Position numbers and translations under genes: made by a program. DNA of 43,378 nucleotides, from the UHGV virus genome UHGV-0125767, one strand, 5' to 3'. Under the pieces are notes generated by a model, which worked only from the letters and a program-made list of their open reading frames with translations, was not told where the DNA came from and ran no database searches. This document shows, one piece after another, positions 9,056 to 17,787 of the stretch. Source of the DNA: a virus. Every line of letters starts with the position of its first letter. Positions within the stretch are counted from its first letter, which is position 1.

Positions 9056-9751
9056 TTATGCGTTTAACTCCTCGTATTCGTCTGCCCACATATACATCAA
9101 TCCGTCACTTACATGTTTACGGTTACACTTCCTTGCGATGTTGCGTCTGTCTATGAATAATAATTTTTGAGCTTCTACTGTACTTGCGAATTCTTCAACA
9201 ATTCGGTTGTTGTTATCGACAAGATATACTGGCTTAGATATGCCTTTATTTCTGCGATACACTCTATATTTTTGCAATGTAGATTGGAATAAGTTATCTG
9301 CCATAAGATTGTTGTATCTACTGTCCTTAGGATAAGCGTGATACCCTGTTCTCAAATTGCCGATAAATGTTTCATATACAATATCTGCTGCACGATACTT
9401 CTTATTCTTATAAATGACTGTGGAAATACCGTTACATCCATTCGCAAACTTGTATTTTCCATCAGGTCTTTTCATTCTGCCTAAGTTACTTACGTATAGA
9501 TCATACTTCTCGCTATACTTCCAAATTTCATCTTTTGCTACAACACTTTCGTTGAACACCTGTTTCTTATTCACTCTCGGCATTGTGTCGGTAAAGAAGC
9601 ACTTCAACTTATCGTTATATGTGCCACGTTCTTTTTGGTACCACAGTGTGTTGAGGGGAATACCTGTAATATTGTGCAGATGAGATAAGTCTGTCTTAGT
9701 CACCGTGTGAGTAAATGGTTCGTACATGTAAATCACATTTAACCCTCCCAC
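9056..9751 (-). CDS. putative homing endonuclease (HNH/NUMOD-like)
   Basis: 231 aa; NGCNGISTVIYKNKKY...VYETFIGN and C-terminal NUMOD-like segment (LVDNNNRIVEEFASTVEAQKLL). Confidence 0.4.
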   Translation of the reverse strand: MGGLNVIYMYEPFTHTVTKTDLSHLHNITGIPLNTLWYQKERGTYNDKLKCFFTDTMPRVNKKQVFNESVVAKDEIWKYSEKYDLYVSNLGRMKRPDGKYKFANGCNGISTVIYKNKKYRAADIVYETFIGNLRTGYHAYPKDSRYNNLMADNLFQSTLQKYRVYRRNKGISKPVYLVDNNNRIVEEFASTVEAQKLLFIDRRNIARKCNRKHVSDGLMYMWADEYEELNA

Positions 9752-10173
9752 TTCTCAAATGCTCTATTCAGGTACCAACGCGCCTTGTCTAAATCTTCTT
9801 TTCCGTTCTTACGATTAGCTCGACTGATATACTTAATTGCGTTACCAATTGCAAATGCTAACTCTGGTTTATAATCTTTAGTGACCTGCTCTATGAAGTC
9901 TATAACTTCTATATCTCCATACGTGTAATGTGTTGGGTGGTTAACCTTGTCATCTAACGTCTTTTCTACTTCTTTACTAGTTGGTTTAGGTACGCTAATA
10001 AAGTCATAGTTATCGTCTATTTTAATAGTGCCAATACCATCAACTTTTACTACCGCGACGTATTTTAAATAAAATACGTCTTGGTATACGTTCAATACTT
10101 GCCCATACCTTTGCTTGTTGTTGCTATCAGAAAATTTTATATATTCTCCTATACTTAAATCTCCAACACTCAT
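9739..10173 (-). CDS. DUF3310-like protein
   Basis: 144 aa; NHPTHYTYGDIEVIDFIEQ...AIGNAIKYISRANRKNGKEDLDKARWYL pattern. Confidence 0.4.
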   Translation of the reverse strand: MSVGDLSIGEYIKFSDSNNKQRYGQVLNVYQDVFYLKYVAVVKVDGIGTIKIDDNYDFISVPKPTSKEVEKTLDDKVNHPTHYTYGDIEVIDFIEQVTKDYKPELAFAIGNAIKYISRANRKNGKEDLDKARWYLNRAFEKWEG

Positions 10174-10529
10174 GATCTAACCACCTTTCTAGGAAAGATG
10201 TCATTCTCCATAAGGTGCGTGCACCATTTACCACGAGGGTGTTTTTGAGGCACTGTGAATAAATGTGGTTTCTTACGTTTCAATTCTTGTAATCTGCGTT
10301 GCTCCGTTCTCTCTTTATAACTAGCGATGTCGTTCTCTTTAGGTTTTAAACTATCCCATTCACTACGTCTTACTCCAATAGGTGCTTCTATTGCATCTTC
10401 AAACTTCCAACCAGAAGCTAATCTTTGTCTTAAGATATCGGGATTGATATCTGCTTCTTTCATTTTCTCTACTACATCTGGTGTAATAGAGAAGTATTTA
10501 TTTTTAACTCTCATTTTTGCGATTTCCAT
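10170..10529 (-). CDS. hypothetical protein
   Basis: 119 aa. Confidence 0.3.
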   Translation of the reverse strand: MEIAKMRVKNKYFSITPDVVEKMKEADINPDILRQRLASGWKFEDAIEAPIGVRRSEWDSLKPKENDIASYKERTEQRRLQELKRKKPHLFTVPQKHPRGKWCTHLMENDIFPRKVVRS

Positions 10530-10721
10530 TTACTCCACCTCTATTAATTCAACTAGTTCAAAATCTTCGCTCATTAACTCTTTTTCAGGGTTCTTACTGA
10601 TTAAATCTAAAATTCGCTCTTTTTCTTCATCTCTCGTAATATGATTGTTTATCCATACTGGATATTTACATCTCACTTTGAGTGTCGCTTCAACTTCAAT
10701 TGTTTCTTCTCTGTTAGCCAT
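10530..10721 (-). CDS. hypothetical acidic protein
   Basis: 63 aa; overlaps next ORF by 49 nt in another frame. Confidence 0.25.
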   Translation of the reverse strand: MANREETIEVEATLKVRCKYPVWINNHITRDEEKERILDLISKNPEKELMSEDFELVELIEVE

Positions 10722-11137
10722 TGCTCATCACCTACCATTTCGCCATCTTTCCAGATGAGTTCAACCGTTCCGTCATCGTTTACTAGATGGATAGTTCTTA
10801 TATCTAGTGAATGTTCAGGATTTCTATCAGTTAATTGTTTAACCGAGCAATTTTCATGAACGACCGCCACGTCTCTGCCACTTTTTCGATCAAAAGAAAT
10901 TTCTAAACATTTAGGGAGTTTTGTTTCTTCCGTAACTTCTTCTTCGATTTCTACCGTGTAAGTATTGTCATATGGGTAATAACTCACAAATTCATTTATA
11001 GTTACTTCTGGTTCGAATGAAAATATTTCACCATCACTCGTATAACCGTTTAACTCTACTGTTGTTTCTTCTTTTTTTAATAAATACTTTAAAAATTCTT
11101 TAGGTTCTAATGCTACTTTTCGTTTAATCTTTACCAT
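10673..11137 (-). CDS. hypothetical acidic protein
   Basis: 154 aa, E-rich. Confidence 0.3.
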   Translation of the reverse strand: MVKIKRKVALEPKEFLKYLLKKEETTVELNGYTSDGEIFSFEPEVTINEFVSYYPYDNTYTVEIEEEVTEETKLPKCLEISFDRKSGRDVAVVHENCSVKQLTDRNPEHSLDIRTIHLVNDDGTVELIWKDGEMVGDEQWLTEKKQLKLKRHSK

Positions 11138-11537
11138 TCTTCTTCTCCTTTTTGCGCTTTCTGCGTGCTTTTAATAGTTCTTCATACGTTATCCACTCTT
11201 GCCCTGTGTATTTAGGTGCTTTACATATCCATGTGAGTGGTATTTCTCTGTTTTGATATCTGAATATCTTCGCTTTCAACTTCGCTACTTCTGTTGGCAT
11301 ACCTTTGACGTCAATCACTTCAAGCAACTTGTTATTTTTCCATAGTGCAAAGTCGGCTATATATTCTGTTTTACGTTGGTTATCAAACTTAGGTATCAAC
11401 TCATATCTAGGTTGTAATTCTATATGATCATATTCATTTCCCAAGTTACGTTCTAAATGCTGGTAGAAGTCACATTCAATTTTGCTATCGAACACGACAC
11501 CTTTATATTCAACTTTTTTAGAATTGTATTTACTCAC
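11124..11537 (-). CDS. PD-(D/E)XK nuclease-fold protein (DUF1064-like)
   Basis: 137 aa; ..IADFALW...LEVIDVKG.. consistent with D...(D/E)xK motif. Confidence 0.35.
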   Translation of the reverse strand: MSKYNSKKVEYKGVVFDSKIECDFYQHLERNLGNEYDHIELQPRYELIPKFDNQRKTEYIADFALWKNNKLLEVIDVKGMPTEVAKLKAKIFRYQNREIPLTWICKAPKYTGQEWITYEELLKARRKRKKEKKNGKD

Positions 11538-11962
11538 GTCGTCACTCCTAGATATACAACTATTGCACTTGGAAACGGCGCGCTATTTTTACTATTTCCG
11601 AACTTTAAACGACCTCTTAAAAACCTAATGTCATCTGCTTTATCGAAAATGAAATCGTGCCAATAAGTTGTATCTGTTCTTGCTGGTATCAAACAAACGA
11701 CTGTTGCACCATTCAAACTTTCTTCGTATGCTTTCTTGATCCATTTCTTGATTTCTCTACCATATGGCGGATTCATAAACACTATGTCCTTAGACCAATC
11801 TTGTTCAAGTCCATTTTCTTCGATAGTAAAATGCCTACTACATTTAGCATTTTCATGAGTTGAACACGGATCCAAAGTAAAATTAAATTCTTTATCTAAT
11901 TCATCAAATAGTTTCTGTGGCGTCGCCCATTCGTTTGACTTACTACTGTAATGTATCTCCAT
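11534..11962 (-). CDS. DNA N6-adenine methyltransferase (phage Dam family)
   Basis: 142 aa; NPPY catalytic motif (FMNPPYGRE), WATPQKLFDELDKEF N-terminus typical of phage N6A-MTase. Confidence 0.7.
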   Translation of the reverse strand: MEIHYSSKSNEWATPQKLFDELDKEFNFTLDPCSTHENAKCSRHFTIEENGLEQDWSKDIVFMNPPYGREIKKWIKKAYEESLNGATVVCLIPARTDTTYWHDFIFDKADDIRFLRGRLKFGNSKNSAPFPSAIVVYLGVTT

Positions 11963-11971
11963 AACTCCACC

Positions 11972-12241
11972 TCAAAATAATAATTCGTTAATTGTCATCT
12001 GTTGTTGCAATTCTTCTTTTCTGAAAAGCTTATGTTTGCGTTTCAGTTTTTCTAGCTCATCTTTCGTTACCGTTCCTGAAAATGTGTTTCTAAAGTGTAT
12101 GCCTGCATAGTTACCTAGTTTGAATGTATCTTCTCCTAACGGCGTTACACTGCACATCTCCCAACCGTCAATCTGATATAACGTGTATTGCTTTTTAAGT
12201 CCGTCGATAAGTCCCATCTGGTTGCCTCCACTTCGTTTCAT
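11972..12241 (-). CDS. hypothetical protein
   Basis: 89 aa. Confidence 0.3.
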   Translation of the reverse strand: MKRSGGNQMGLIDGLKKQYTLYQIDGWEMCSVTPLGEDTFKLGNYAGIHFRNTFSGTVTKDELEKLKRKHKLFRKEELQQQMTINELLF

Positions 12242-12416
12242 TCATGATTAATTCTTTAACGCTTTCGTAATCGTCAAAAGGTTTAATGGTGCCGGCGTCA
12301 AGCAACCTATTAATTGCCCACCCAGACTCAATTAATATTTTGGCTATGATTGGATCTTCTTTATAATCCTCTCGATACATAAAACCTAAAAGTTGCTGAT
12401 ACTCATAAACTTTCAT
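12195..12416 (-). CDS. hypothetical protein
   Basis: 73 aa. Confidence 0.3.
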   Translation of the reverse strand: MKVYEYQQLLGFMYREDYKEDPIIAKILIESGWAINRLLDAGTIKPFDDYESVKELIMNETKWRQPDGTYRRT

Positions 12417-13663
12417 CCATAAAACCTCTGCGTTTTCTTGTAGAAATCAAGGTGTGCCACCCCTGTTTCTCCGTCTTTATTTTTAGAAATAATGAATTCA
12501 ATTTCCGACTTGCCTGTAATGTTGTCTTGTTGGTCTTGGTCGTAATAATCGTCACGGTATAAGAAGAAAATCATATTCGCGTCTTGCTCAATTCCTCCTG
12601 CTTCTCTTAAATCAGACATCATCGGACGCTTATCACTACGACTTTCTACACCTCTACTTAATTGAGATAGTGCGATAATGATACAACCTGTTTCTTTAGC
12701 TATAATTTTTAAATCACGAGAAATCTTTTCAACTTCTAACCGTCTATCACGTTGAGGTACATCTGATTGCATGAGTGTAAGATAATCAATAAATATAACG
12801 TGAGGTTTATCTGTTTTCTGCGAAGCAACTTCTCGAACATCTTGCGGTGTCATTTGTGCTTGGTCCTCAATCTTTAAAGAATTACATTTTTTAATTTGAT
12901 CTATAGCAGACATTACCGATGAAACTTCATCATCATTTAATCCATTGCCTTGCTTAATTTTAGATAGTGGAATATTTGTTATTGTTGCAACTAATCTCTC
13001 AACGATATTGTTACCTCCAGTTTCTAAACTAAAGAACGTTGTAGGGTACCCACGCTGCGCGATATTCCACATCATCGTTAATGCAAGAGAAGTTTTACCT
13101 AACGAAGGTCTTGCACCTAATACATTCAACTGACCTGGTTCAAAACCAATGATTTTGTTATCTATAGAAGCAATACCAGTTTTAACAAATTGTTTTGGTT
13201 CATCAGATAAAATATTTTCTACAACTTCAGCTAGAAAACTATCAGTAGCGTCTGCTTTTTTTATTGTCATACCTTTTAATTTCTCTAATTCCTCTACCAG
13301 ATAATTAAAATTTTCTTTACTCGGCATTGATTGATACTCTGTGAGCTTCTCACGAGCTTGTGACAAAACATATTCTTGTAATAGGTTCAATTGGTCGTCC
13401 ATAAAAAACGCCTTGTCAGTGCCATCTGAGTTGTATAAACGACCTAATCGGTCAGTAGATATAAATTCATTATCGTCACGACTTTTAAAGTAGATTTGGT
13501 TTACATCGACTTTTCCCTGCTCTAGTGCATACTCAATGAACACTCTTAATTTTTCATCAGTAAACATTTCAGGTTTCAATCTGAATTTACTTAGTAACTC
13601 TGGGTTACGCATGAGGTTAGATATAATAGATTCTTCGGTACTCAACACATCAATACTCATCAT
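12413..13663 (-). CDS. DnaB-like replicative helicase
   Basis: 416 aa; Walker A GARPSLGKTSLAL, DnaB C-terminal RecA-like fold motifs (FIDYLTLM, DLREAGGIEQDANMIFFLYRD). Confidence 0.85.
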   Translation of the reverse strand: MMSIDVLSTEESIISNLMRNPELLSKFRLKPEMFTDEKLRVFIEYALEQGKVDVNQIYFKSRDDNEFISTDRLGRLYNSDGTDKAFFMDDQLNLLQEYVLSQAREKLTEYQSMPSKENFNYLVEELEKLKGMTIKKADATDSFLAEVVENILSDEPKQFVKTGIASIDNKIIGFEPGQLNVLGARPSLGKTSLALTMMWNIAQRGYPTTFFSLETGGNNIVERLVATITNIPLSKIKQGNGLNDDEVSSVMSAIDQIKKCNSLKIEDQAQMTPQDVREVASQKTDKPHVIFIDYLTLMQSDVPQRDRRLEVEKISRDLKIIAKETGCIIIALSQLSRGVESRSDKRPMMSDLREAGGIEQDANMIFFLYRDDYYDQDQQDNITGKSEIEFIISKNKDGETGVAHLDFYKKTQRFYG

Positions 13664-14003
13664 CTAACCCCCAATCCTCTTTCATCTTTTGCCATTGTTT
13701 TCTTAATTGTCGCCTTCTCTCTCTAAACTCTTTATCGTGCTGCATTCTATATTTATCAGTCTGTTCTTCTGGTATCACTGCGCTTTTCATTTCTGGTGGT
13801 TTGCGATCAATAATTTGTGCAATCGTAGGTTTATAACGACTTTCTCTAACATATTTCTTTGTTTTGTGTAGTGTTCTATCGAAATCCCCATATTGTGTGA
13901 GTTGTTCTACCCAAAGGTTGTATTTAATTTCATTGAATTTCATATCGTAGACATTATTTATTAACTCTAAGATTTCAATTGCTTCTAGTTCAGTCATTGA
14001 CAT
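13650..14003 (-). CDS. hypothetical protein
   Basis: 117 aa, start overlaps helicase. Confidence 0.3.
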   Translation of the reverse strand: MSMTELEAIEILELINNVYDMKFNEIKYNLWVEQLTQYGDFDRTLHKTKKYVRESRYKPTIAQIIDRKPPEMKSAVIPEEQTDKYRMQHDKEFRERRRQLRKQWQKMKEDWGLDDEY

Positions 14004-14008
14004 AATGT

Positions 14009-14737
14009 CTAACCTCCTAATAGTTCCTGTTTCTTCTTAGCTAGGTAATTATCTTCTTTATTGTTTCTAGGTTTAACTTTAGATATCGCTTTTTCTTTAG
14101 TATCGACACCGTCTTTACTCCAGTTTTCTAATACTTTGATAAGATAGTTAATGCCTTTGTTATTTTCTTTGCAATAATCAGTAGCTACAGTAACAATCTC
14201 TAGTTTGTTATCTTTAAAATCCTTTATAGCTTCTTCTAGTTGTTGTGCTTTTAATGGACTTTGTATGATTTCTAAATTATTACTAATATATTGAAATGAT
14301 TTTGATGTCTCGTCTGTCACATTATTAGTGTTTTTATTATTAGTTAAATCATTATTAGTACTATTATTATTAGTAGTGTGCGATTCTCCTACGTAGGTTT
14401 TTCCTATATAGGTTTTTCCTACGTTGGAAAATCGAATGTGGTTAGGTTTTTCATAGACAGCATATTCATACTCTTTCAACCTACCTTTATCATCACGCTT
14501 TCTAGTTCGTTGAATATAACCGACTTTCTCCAATTCTTTTATGCCAGTTTTGAGGCCACTAAGTCCGTCAGTTGAATGTCTAACTAATTCTGATTCGTAT
14601 ATTTGCCAGTCATCAGGTCGGCTTAATAAGTAAAGCAAGATTCCTTTAGCTTTCCAGCTTAGGTTATCGTCATGAATAAAATTTTTGTGTACAGTTACGA
14701 AGTTTCCAGTTTCTTTGTAAACTCTAAAAACCGCCAT
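14009..14737 (-). CDS. replisome organizer / replication initiator (phage_rep_org_N + DnaD-like C-terminus)
   Basis: 242 aa; N-terminal FIHDDNLSWKAKGILLYLLSRPDDW winged-helix initiator motif; internal N-rich linker; sits upstream of helicase. Confidence 0.6.
   Translation of the reverse strand: MAVFRVYKETGNFVTVHKNFIHDDNLSWKAKGILLYLLSRPDDWQIYESELVRHSTDGLSGLKTGIKELEKVGYIQRTRKRDDKGRLKEYEYAVYEKPNHIRFSNVGKTYIGKTYVGESHTTNNNSTNNDLTNNKNTNNVTDETSKSFQYISNNLEIIQSPLKAQQLEEAIKDFKDNKLEIVTVATDYCKENNKGINYLIKVLENWSKDGVDTKEKAISKVKPRNNKEDNYLAKKKQELLGG
14388..14427. repeat. palindromic iteron-like direct repeats (CCTACGTAGGTTTTT, CCTATATAGGTTTTT, CCTACGTTGG) inside the replisome organizer gene; candidate ori
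   Basis: 15-bp periodic units, each core 10-mer a perfect palindrome; flanked by AT-rich ATTATTAGTA repeats at 14350..14378. Confidence 0.45.
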
Positions 14738-14940
14738 TATTTCACTCCTTTCAGTAACTCTGTTACAGTAATATTCATGTCATCAGCTATTAATTTAAGT
14801 CTTTTAGCATTAGGTACAGAAATATTTCGTTCCCACCTACTTACTATGCTGTCAGAGGCATTGTCGATGAATTCTCCAAACTCTCTCATATTCAAACCTT
14901 TGTCTTGCCTATGCTGTTTAATACGATTTCCTAAAGTCAT
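14737..14940 (-). CDS. small HTH (XRE-family) DNA-binding protein
   Basis: 67 aa; IKQHRQDKGLNMREFGEFIDNASDSIVSRWERN is an XRE HTH. Confidence 0.5.
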   Translation of the reverse strand: MTLGNRIKQHRQDKGLNMREFGEFIDNASDSIVSRWERNISVPNAKRLKLIADDMNITVTELLKGVK

Positions 14941-14946
14941 TTGTGG

Positions 14947-15177
14947 TCACTCCCCGTACAATAGCCATTCAGGTGTTGTCTTGAAAACGAATGCTATTAA
15001 TTTTATTTTCTTGATATTGGGAATTCTTTTGCCTTCTTCCCATTGTTTTATAGAGAAAGGAGAAACATATAAGATTTCAGCGAATTCGTTTATATCAAAA
15101 TTTCTTTGTAATCTTATTTGTTTGATTCTATGAGCTATTTCTTTCTTGTTTTCTTTAGTTATTACTCTCGAATTCAT
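14947..15177 (-). CDS. small HTH (XRE-family) DNA-binding protein
   Basis: 76 aa; IKQIRLQRNFDINEFAEILYVSPFSIKQWEEGKRIP. Confidence 0.5.
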   Translation of the reverse strand: MNSRVITKENKKEIAHRIKQIRLQRNFDINEFAEILYVSPFSIKQWEEGKRIPNIKKIKLIAFVFKTTPEWLLYGE

Positions 15178-15841
15178 TTTTAACTCCTTTCAACATTTTG
15201 TTTAAGCGCTCATCTACTGAAAGCCACGAATTTTCAAGGTGATGTAATTTATCAAAGGTTTCTACACCCATATCATGCTGCGATTGATGATGTTCTCTAC
15301 ATAGACACAGCACTTCAAAACCGTAATGATCCATTTTCTTACGATTAGCACCTCTGCCAATCGCTTTATGATGTGCCAGTTCTCCATGTTTACCGCATAT
15401 TACACAGTTACGATTGACTGTCGACCAGTAAAGAAACGCTTTATCATTTTTAAGTAAGTCACTTGTTTTATAGTTGAGTGGGATATTGTTATGAAACACC
15501 CAGTCGATGATGACTTCTATAATTTGACTTGCTTGTTCTCTAGTACAATCACTTAACGAGAGGCGTTTTTCATAGCCGTAGAGGACTTCTACGTAATCCA
15601 TGAACAAATACCTCATATAATCACGGGGTTGTCCTGTGTATGCTTCTATGTCGTTACAGAGAGCAAATACTTTTCTACGCTGCTTATCTGTAATCTTGAA
15701 TGGATCTACAACTCTTACATCTGCTTCTACTTCGTAACCGTTGTCTAAAAGTAGTGATGTTTTGTTATCTAGTTCTACTCCTTTAATGACTACAGTCGTT
15801 GTACCGTCATCTTCTGTAATGTAGTTTTTTATTACTACCAT
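15155..15841 (-). CDS. HNH nuclease domain protein
   Basis: 228 aa; CVICGKHGELAHHKAIGRGANRKK...CLCREHHQSQHD Cys/His HNH-like motif. Confidence 0.5.
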   Translation of the reverse strand: MVVIKNYITEDDGTTTVVIKGVELDNKTSLLLDNGYEVEADVRVVDPFKITDKQRRKVFALCNDIEAYTGQPRDYMRYLFMDYVEVLYGYEKRLSLSDCTREQASQIIEVIIDWVFHNNIPLNYKTSDLLKNDKAFLYWSTVNRNCVICGKHGELAHHKAIGRGANRKKMDHYGFEVLCLCREHHQSQHDMGVETFDKLHHLENSWLSVDERLNKMLKGVKNEFESNN

Positions 15842-15854
15842 CTAATCGGTCCAA

Positions 15855-16283
15855 TCAGAACGGCAATTCTGAACTATCCATGTCTGTACCGTTAGCAAAA
15901 GGATTATTTTTAGTTGTGGTTTGTTTTTGTTGCTTTTGAGGTTGGTTGTTTTGTTGATTGTTGCCTTTGGTATCTAAGAACTGAACGCTATCGGCCACAA
16001 CTTCTGTTACAAATACTCGACGACCTTCTTGATTTTCATAGCTGCGTGATTGAACACGTCCATCTACACCTGCTAGTGAGCCTTTTGAAAGATAATCGTT
16101 TACATTCTTCGCTTGTTTTCTGAATACAACTACATTGATGAAATCTGCTTCTCGTTCACCTTGTGCGTTAGTAAATGTTCTGTTTACTGCTAATGTGAAT
16201 GTTGCTACTTCAACTCCATTCGGCGTAGTTCTAAACTCTGGATCTTTCGTTAATCTTCCTACTAATACAACTCTATTTAACAT
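15855..16283 (-). CDS. ssb: single-stranded DNA-binding protein
   Basis: 142 aa; [20 protein letters not shown]...OB fold, Gln-rich linker, C-terminal DMDSSELPF acidic tip. Confidence 0.9.
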   Translation of the reverse strand: MLNRVVLVGRLTKDPEFRTTPNGVEVATFTLAVNRTFTNAQGEREADFINVVVFRKQAKNVNDYLSKGSLAGVDGRVQSRSYENQEGRRVFVTEVVADSVQFLDTKGNNQQNNQPQKQQKQTTTKNNPFANGTDMDSSELPF

Positions 16284-16917
16284 TTGAATTCTCCTTATCT
16301 AATTGTTTTAGTCCCGCATCTAGTTTTTGATGTGCATTTGCTATATCTTTTTTATTAACTTTGTTAATGTTTTGAATACCTAACCAACGCATTGTTTTGT
16401 CTAGTGTTGCATCTCTACCTTTTTCTTGAGATAAAGTTACAAACTGATTGATACGTTCTTCTAATTCTGTAATGTCATTATCGTTAGCACTTGGAACTTC
16501 CTCACCGTTATATATATAAAGACCTAGGCCATGTAATGCTGCAGCTTTAACAAAACAACGTTTTTGAGCTTTATTAATATCGAATGTTGTCGCGCTACCC
16601 TTTGCTAAAGATTTGTTTCTAAAATCCAATACTGGAAGCCACTCTGTTTCAGTTTGTCCTTTTACAGTTACTGACACTTGTACGAAATAACCCTCTGGAG
16701 TAGCTAAATAAGGTACAAAATAGTTGTCTAGTGGTACATCAGGGTGTACAAATTCATGTGTTTTAATACTGTAGTTGCTGTCTATCTTTTTTAATTCTTG
16801 ATGAGCGTATGACCATGCTAGGTAGGTTAATCCGTTTTTCTTTTCTACATGATCGTTTACATCTTTCTGATTTAACTGATTAAATAATGTTTCTTCAGTC
16901 ATACTCAACCTCCTCAT
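16273..16917 (-). CDS. putative single-strand annealing / recombination protein (Sak/Rad52-like position)
   Basis: 214 aa directly upstream of ssb as in staphylococcal phage recombination modules; no definitive motif. Confidence 0.3.
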   Translation of the reverse strand: MRRLSMTEETLFNQLNQKDVNDHVEKKNGLTYLAWSYAHQELKKIDSNYSIKTHEFVHPDVPLDNYFVPYLATPEGYFVQVSVTVKGQTETEWLPVLDFRNKSLAKGSATTFDINKAQKRCFVKAAALHGLGLYIYNGEEVPSANDNDITELEERINQFVTLSQEKGRDATLDKTMRWLGIQNINKVNKKDIANAHQKLDAGLKQLDKENSNVK

Positions 16918-17125
16918 ATTCAGTTGTTTCAGTTACTTTCTTTTTAATTGCTCTGTGCTTAGTCATGTCTATACTCACATCTTCTAGTCCTGCAAATTCT
17001 CTTGCTCTCCGTCTATCTCTTGAATAAGAAGTATCTTCTTCATTGTTAGGTTTGTTGGTGATATACAGGTCGAAAGGAGCGTCTTTCAATTTAATTAGGT
17101 ATGTCACTGTTTCTTTCAATCCCAA
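16895..17125 (-). CDS. hypothetical protein
   Basis: 76 aa. Confidence 0.3.
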   Translation of the reverse strand: MGLKETVTYLIKLKDAPFDLYITNKPNNEEDTSYSRDRRRAREFAGLEDVSIDMTKHRAIKKKVTETTEYEEVEYD

Positions 17126-17366
17126 TCACTCCTTTACGCAATATATCTATTGTTCTATCCATGACTTTGATTGTTTCGTTTTGTGTTTCGCATGATTCTA
17201 TAGCTTTTCTGAAATCTTTTCTAAGTTCAAAATATTTTTCGCACATATCTTCGTAACGTTTGTTTAAAAAGTCGTAGTCACTTTGCAAGAAATCTAAATC
17301 TATTTGGCTTTTGATTAATTGAGAATATTTTTCTCTAGTCAACTTGACTGTGATTAACTCTTGCAT
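17091..17366 (-). CDS. hypothetical coiled-coil protein
   Basis: 91 aa. Confidence 0.3.
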   Translation of the reverse strand: MQELITVKLTREKYSQLIKSQIDLDFLQSDYDFLNKRYEDMCEKYFELRKDFRKAIESCETQNETIKVMDRTIDILRKGVIGIERNSDIPN

Positions 17367-17420
17367 TTTCTCTCCTCCACTTGTATATTTAAGTTGTATA
17401 TTTTAGTTAGTGTTTGACTG

Positions 17421-17597
17421 TTACTTGTTGGCGCAAGTTTCAGTCTTTTTTGTTATCTCAAGCCACTTTTCCCAAAAGAATGTGCTAAAGATAAGCGTTA
17501 ACATTGAAAATGCTATTACCGTAAAGAAACCACCTCCTAAAAGTAATGTGATGATCATTGCGATGAACATCGTCATATAACTTAATAGATATTTCAT
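17421..17597 (-). CDS. 58-aa 2-TM membrane peptide
   Basis: MKYLLSYMTMFIAMIITLLLGGGFFTVIAFSMLTLIFSTFFWEKWLEITKKTETCANK; AAGGAGAGG SD; start overlaps stop of upstream 31-aa ORF (ATGA). Confidence 0.3.
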   Translation of the reverse strand: MKYLLSYMTMFIAMIITLLLGGGFFTVIAFSMLTLIFSTFFWEKWLEITKKTETCANK

Positions 17598-17689
17598 TTA
17601 TCATCCTCTCCTTTCATTTCTAAAAGTTTTTCGATATATCCTCTTTCTAATGCGAAATCAAATAACATTTGTTGAATGTGTTCTGGCAT
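17594..17689 (-). CDS. 31-aa hypothetical peptide, translationally coupled to the next ORF
   Basis: MPEHIQQMLFDFALERGYIEKLLEMKGEDDK; AAGGAGTGA SD upstream. Confidence 0.25.
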   Translation of the reverse strand: MPEHIQQMLFDFALERGYIEKLLEMKGEDDK

Positions 17690-17787
17690 TACAATCACTC
17701 CTTTTACTGACCGTTTTCAATCTTTGTTTCTAATTGCTTGATTCTGTACAATTGCGGTCCTGAATTAGGACTACACGAACATCTTCT

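Noticed and set aside
14350-14378. AT-rich ATTATTAGTA repeats considered as a CRISPR-like or satellite array
   Set aside because: Too short and irregular, inside a coding sequence (encodes an N-rich linker). More simply a DNA-unwinding element next to the iterons. No CRISPR repeat-spacer architecture anywhere in the window.
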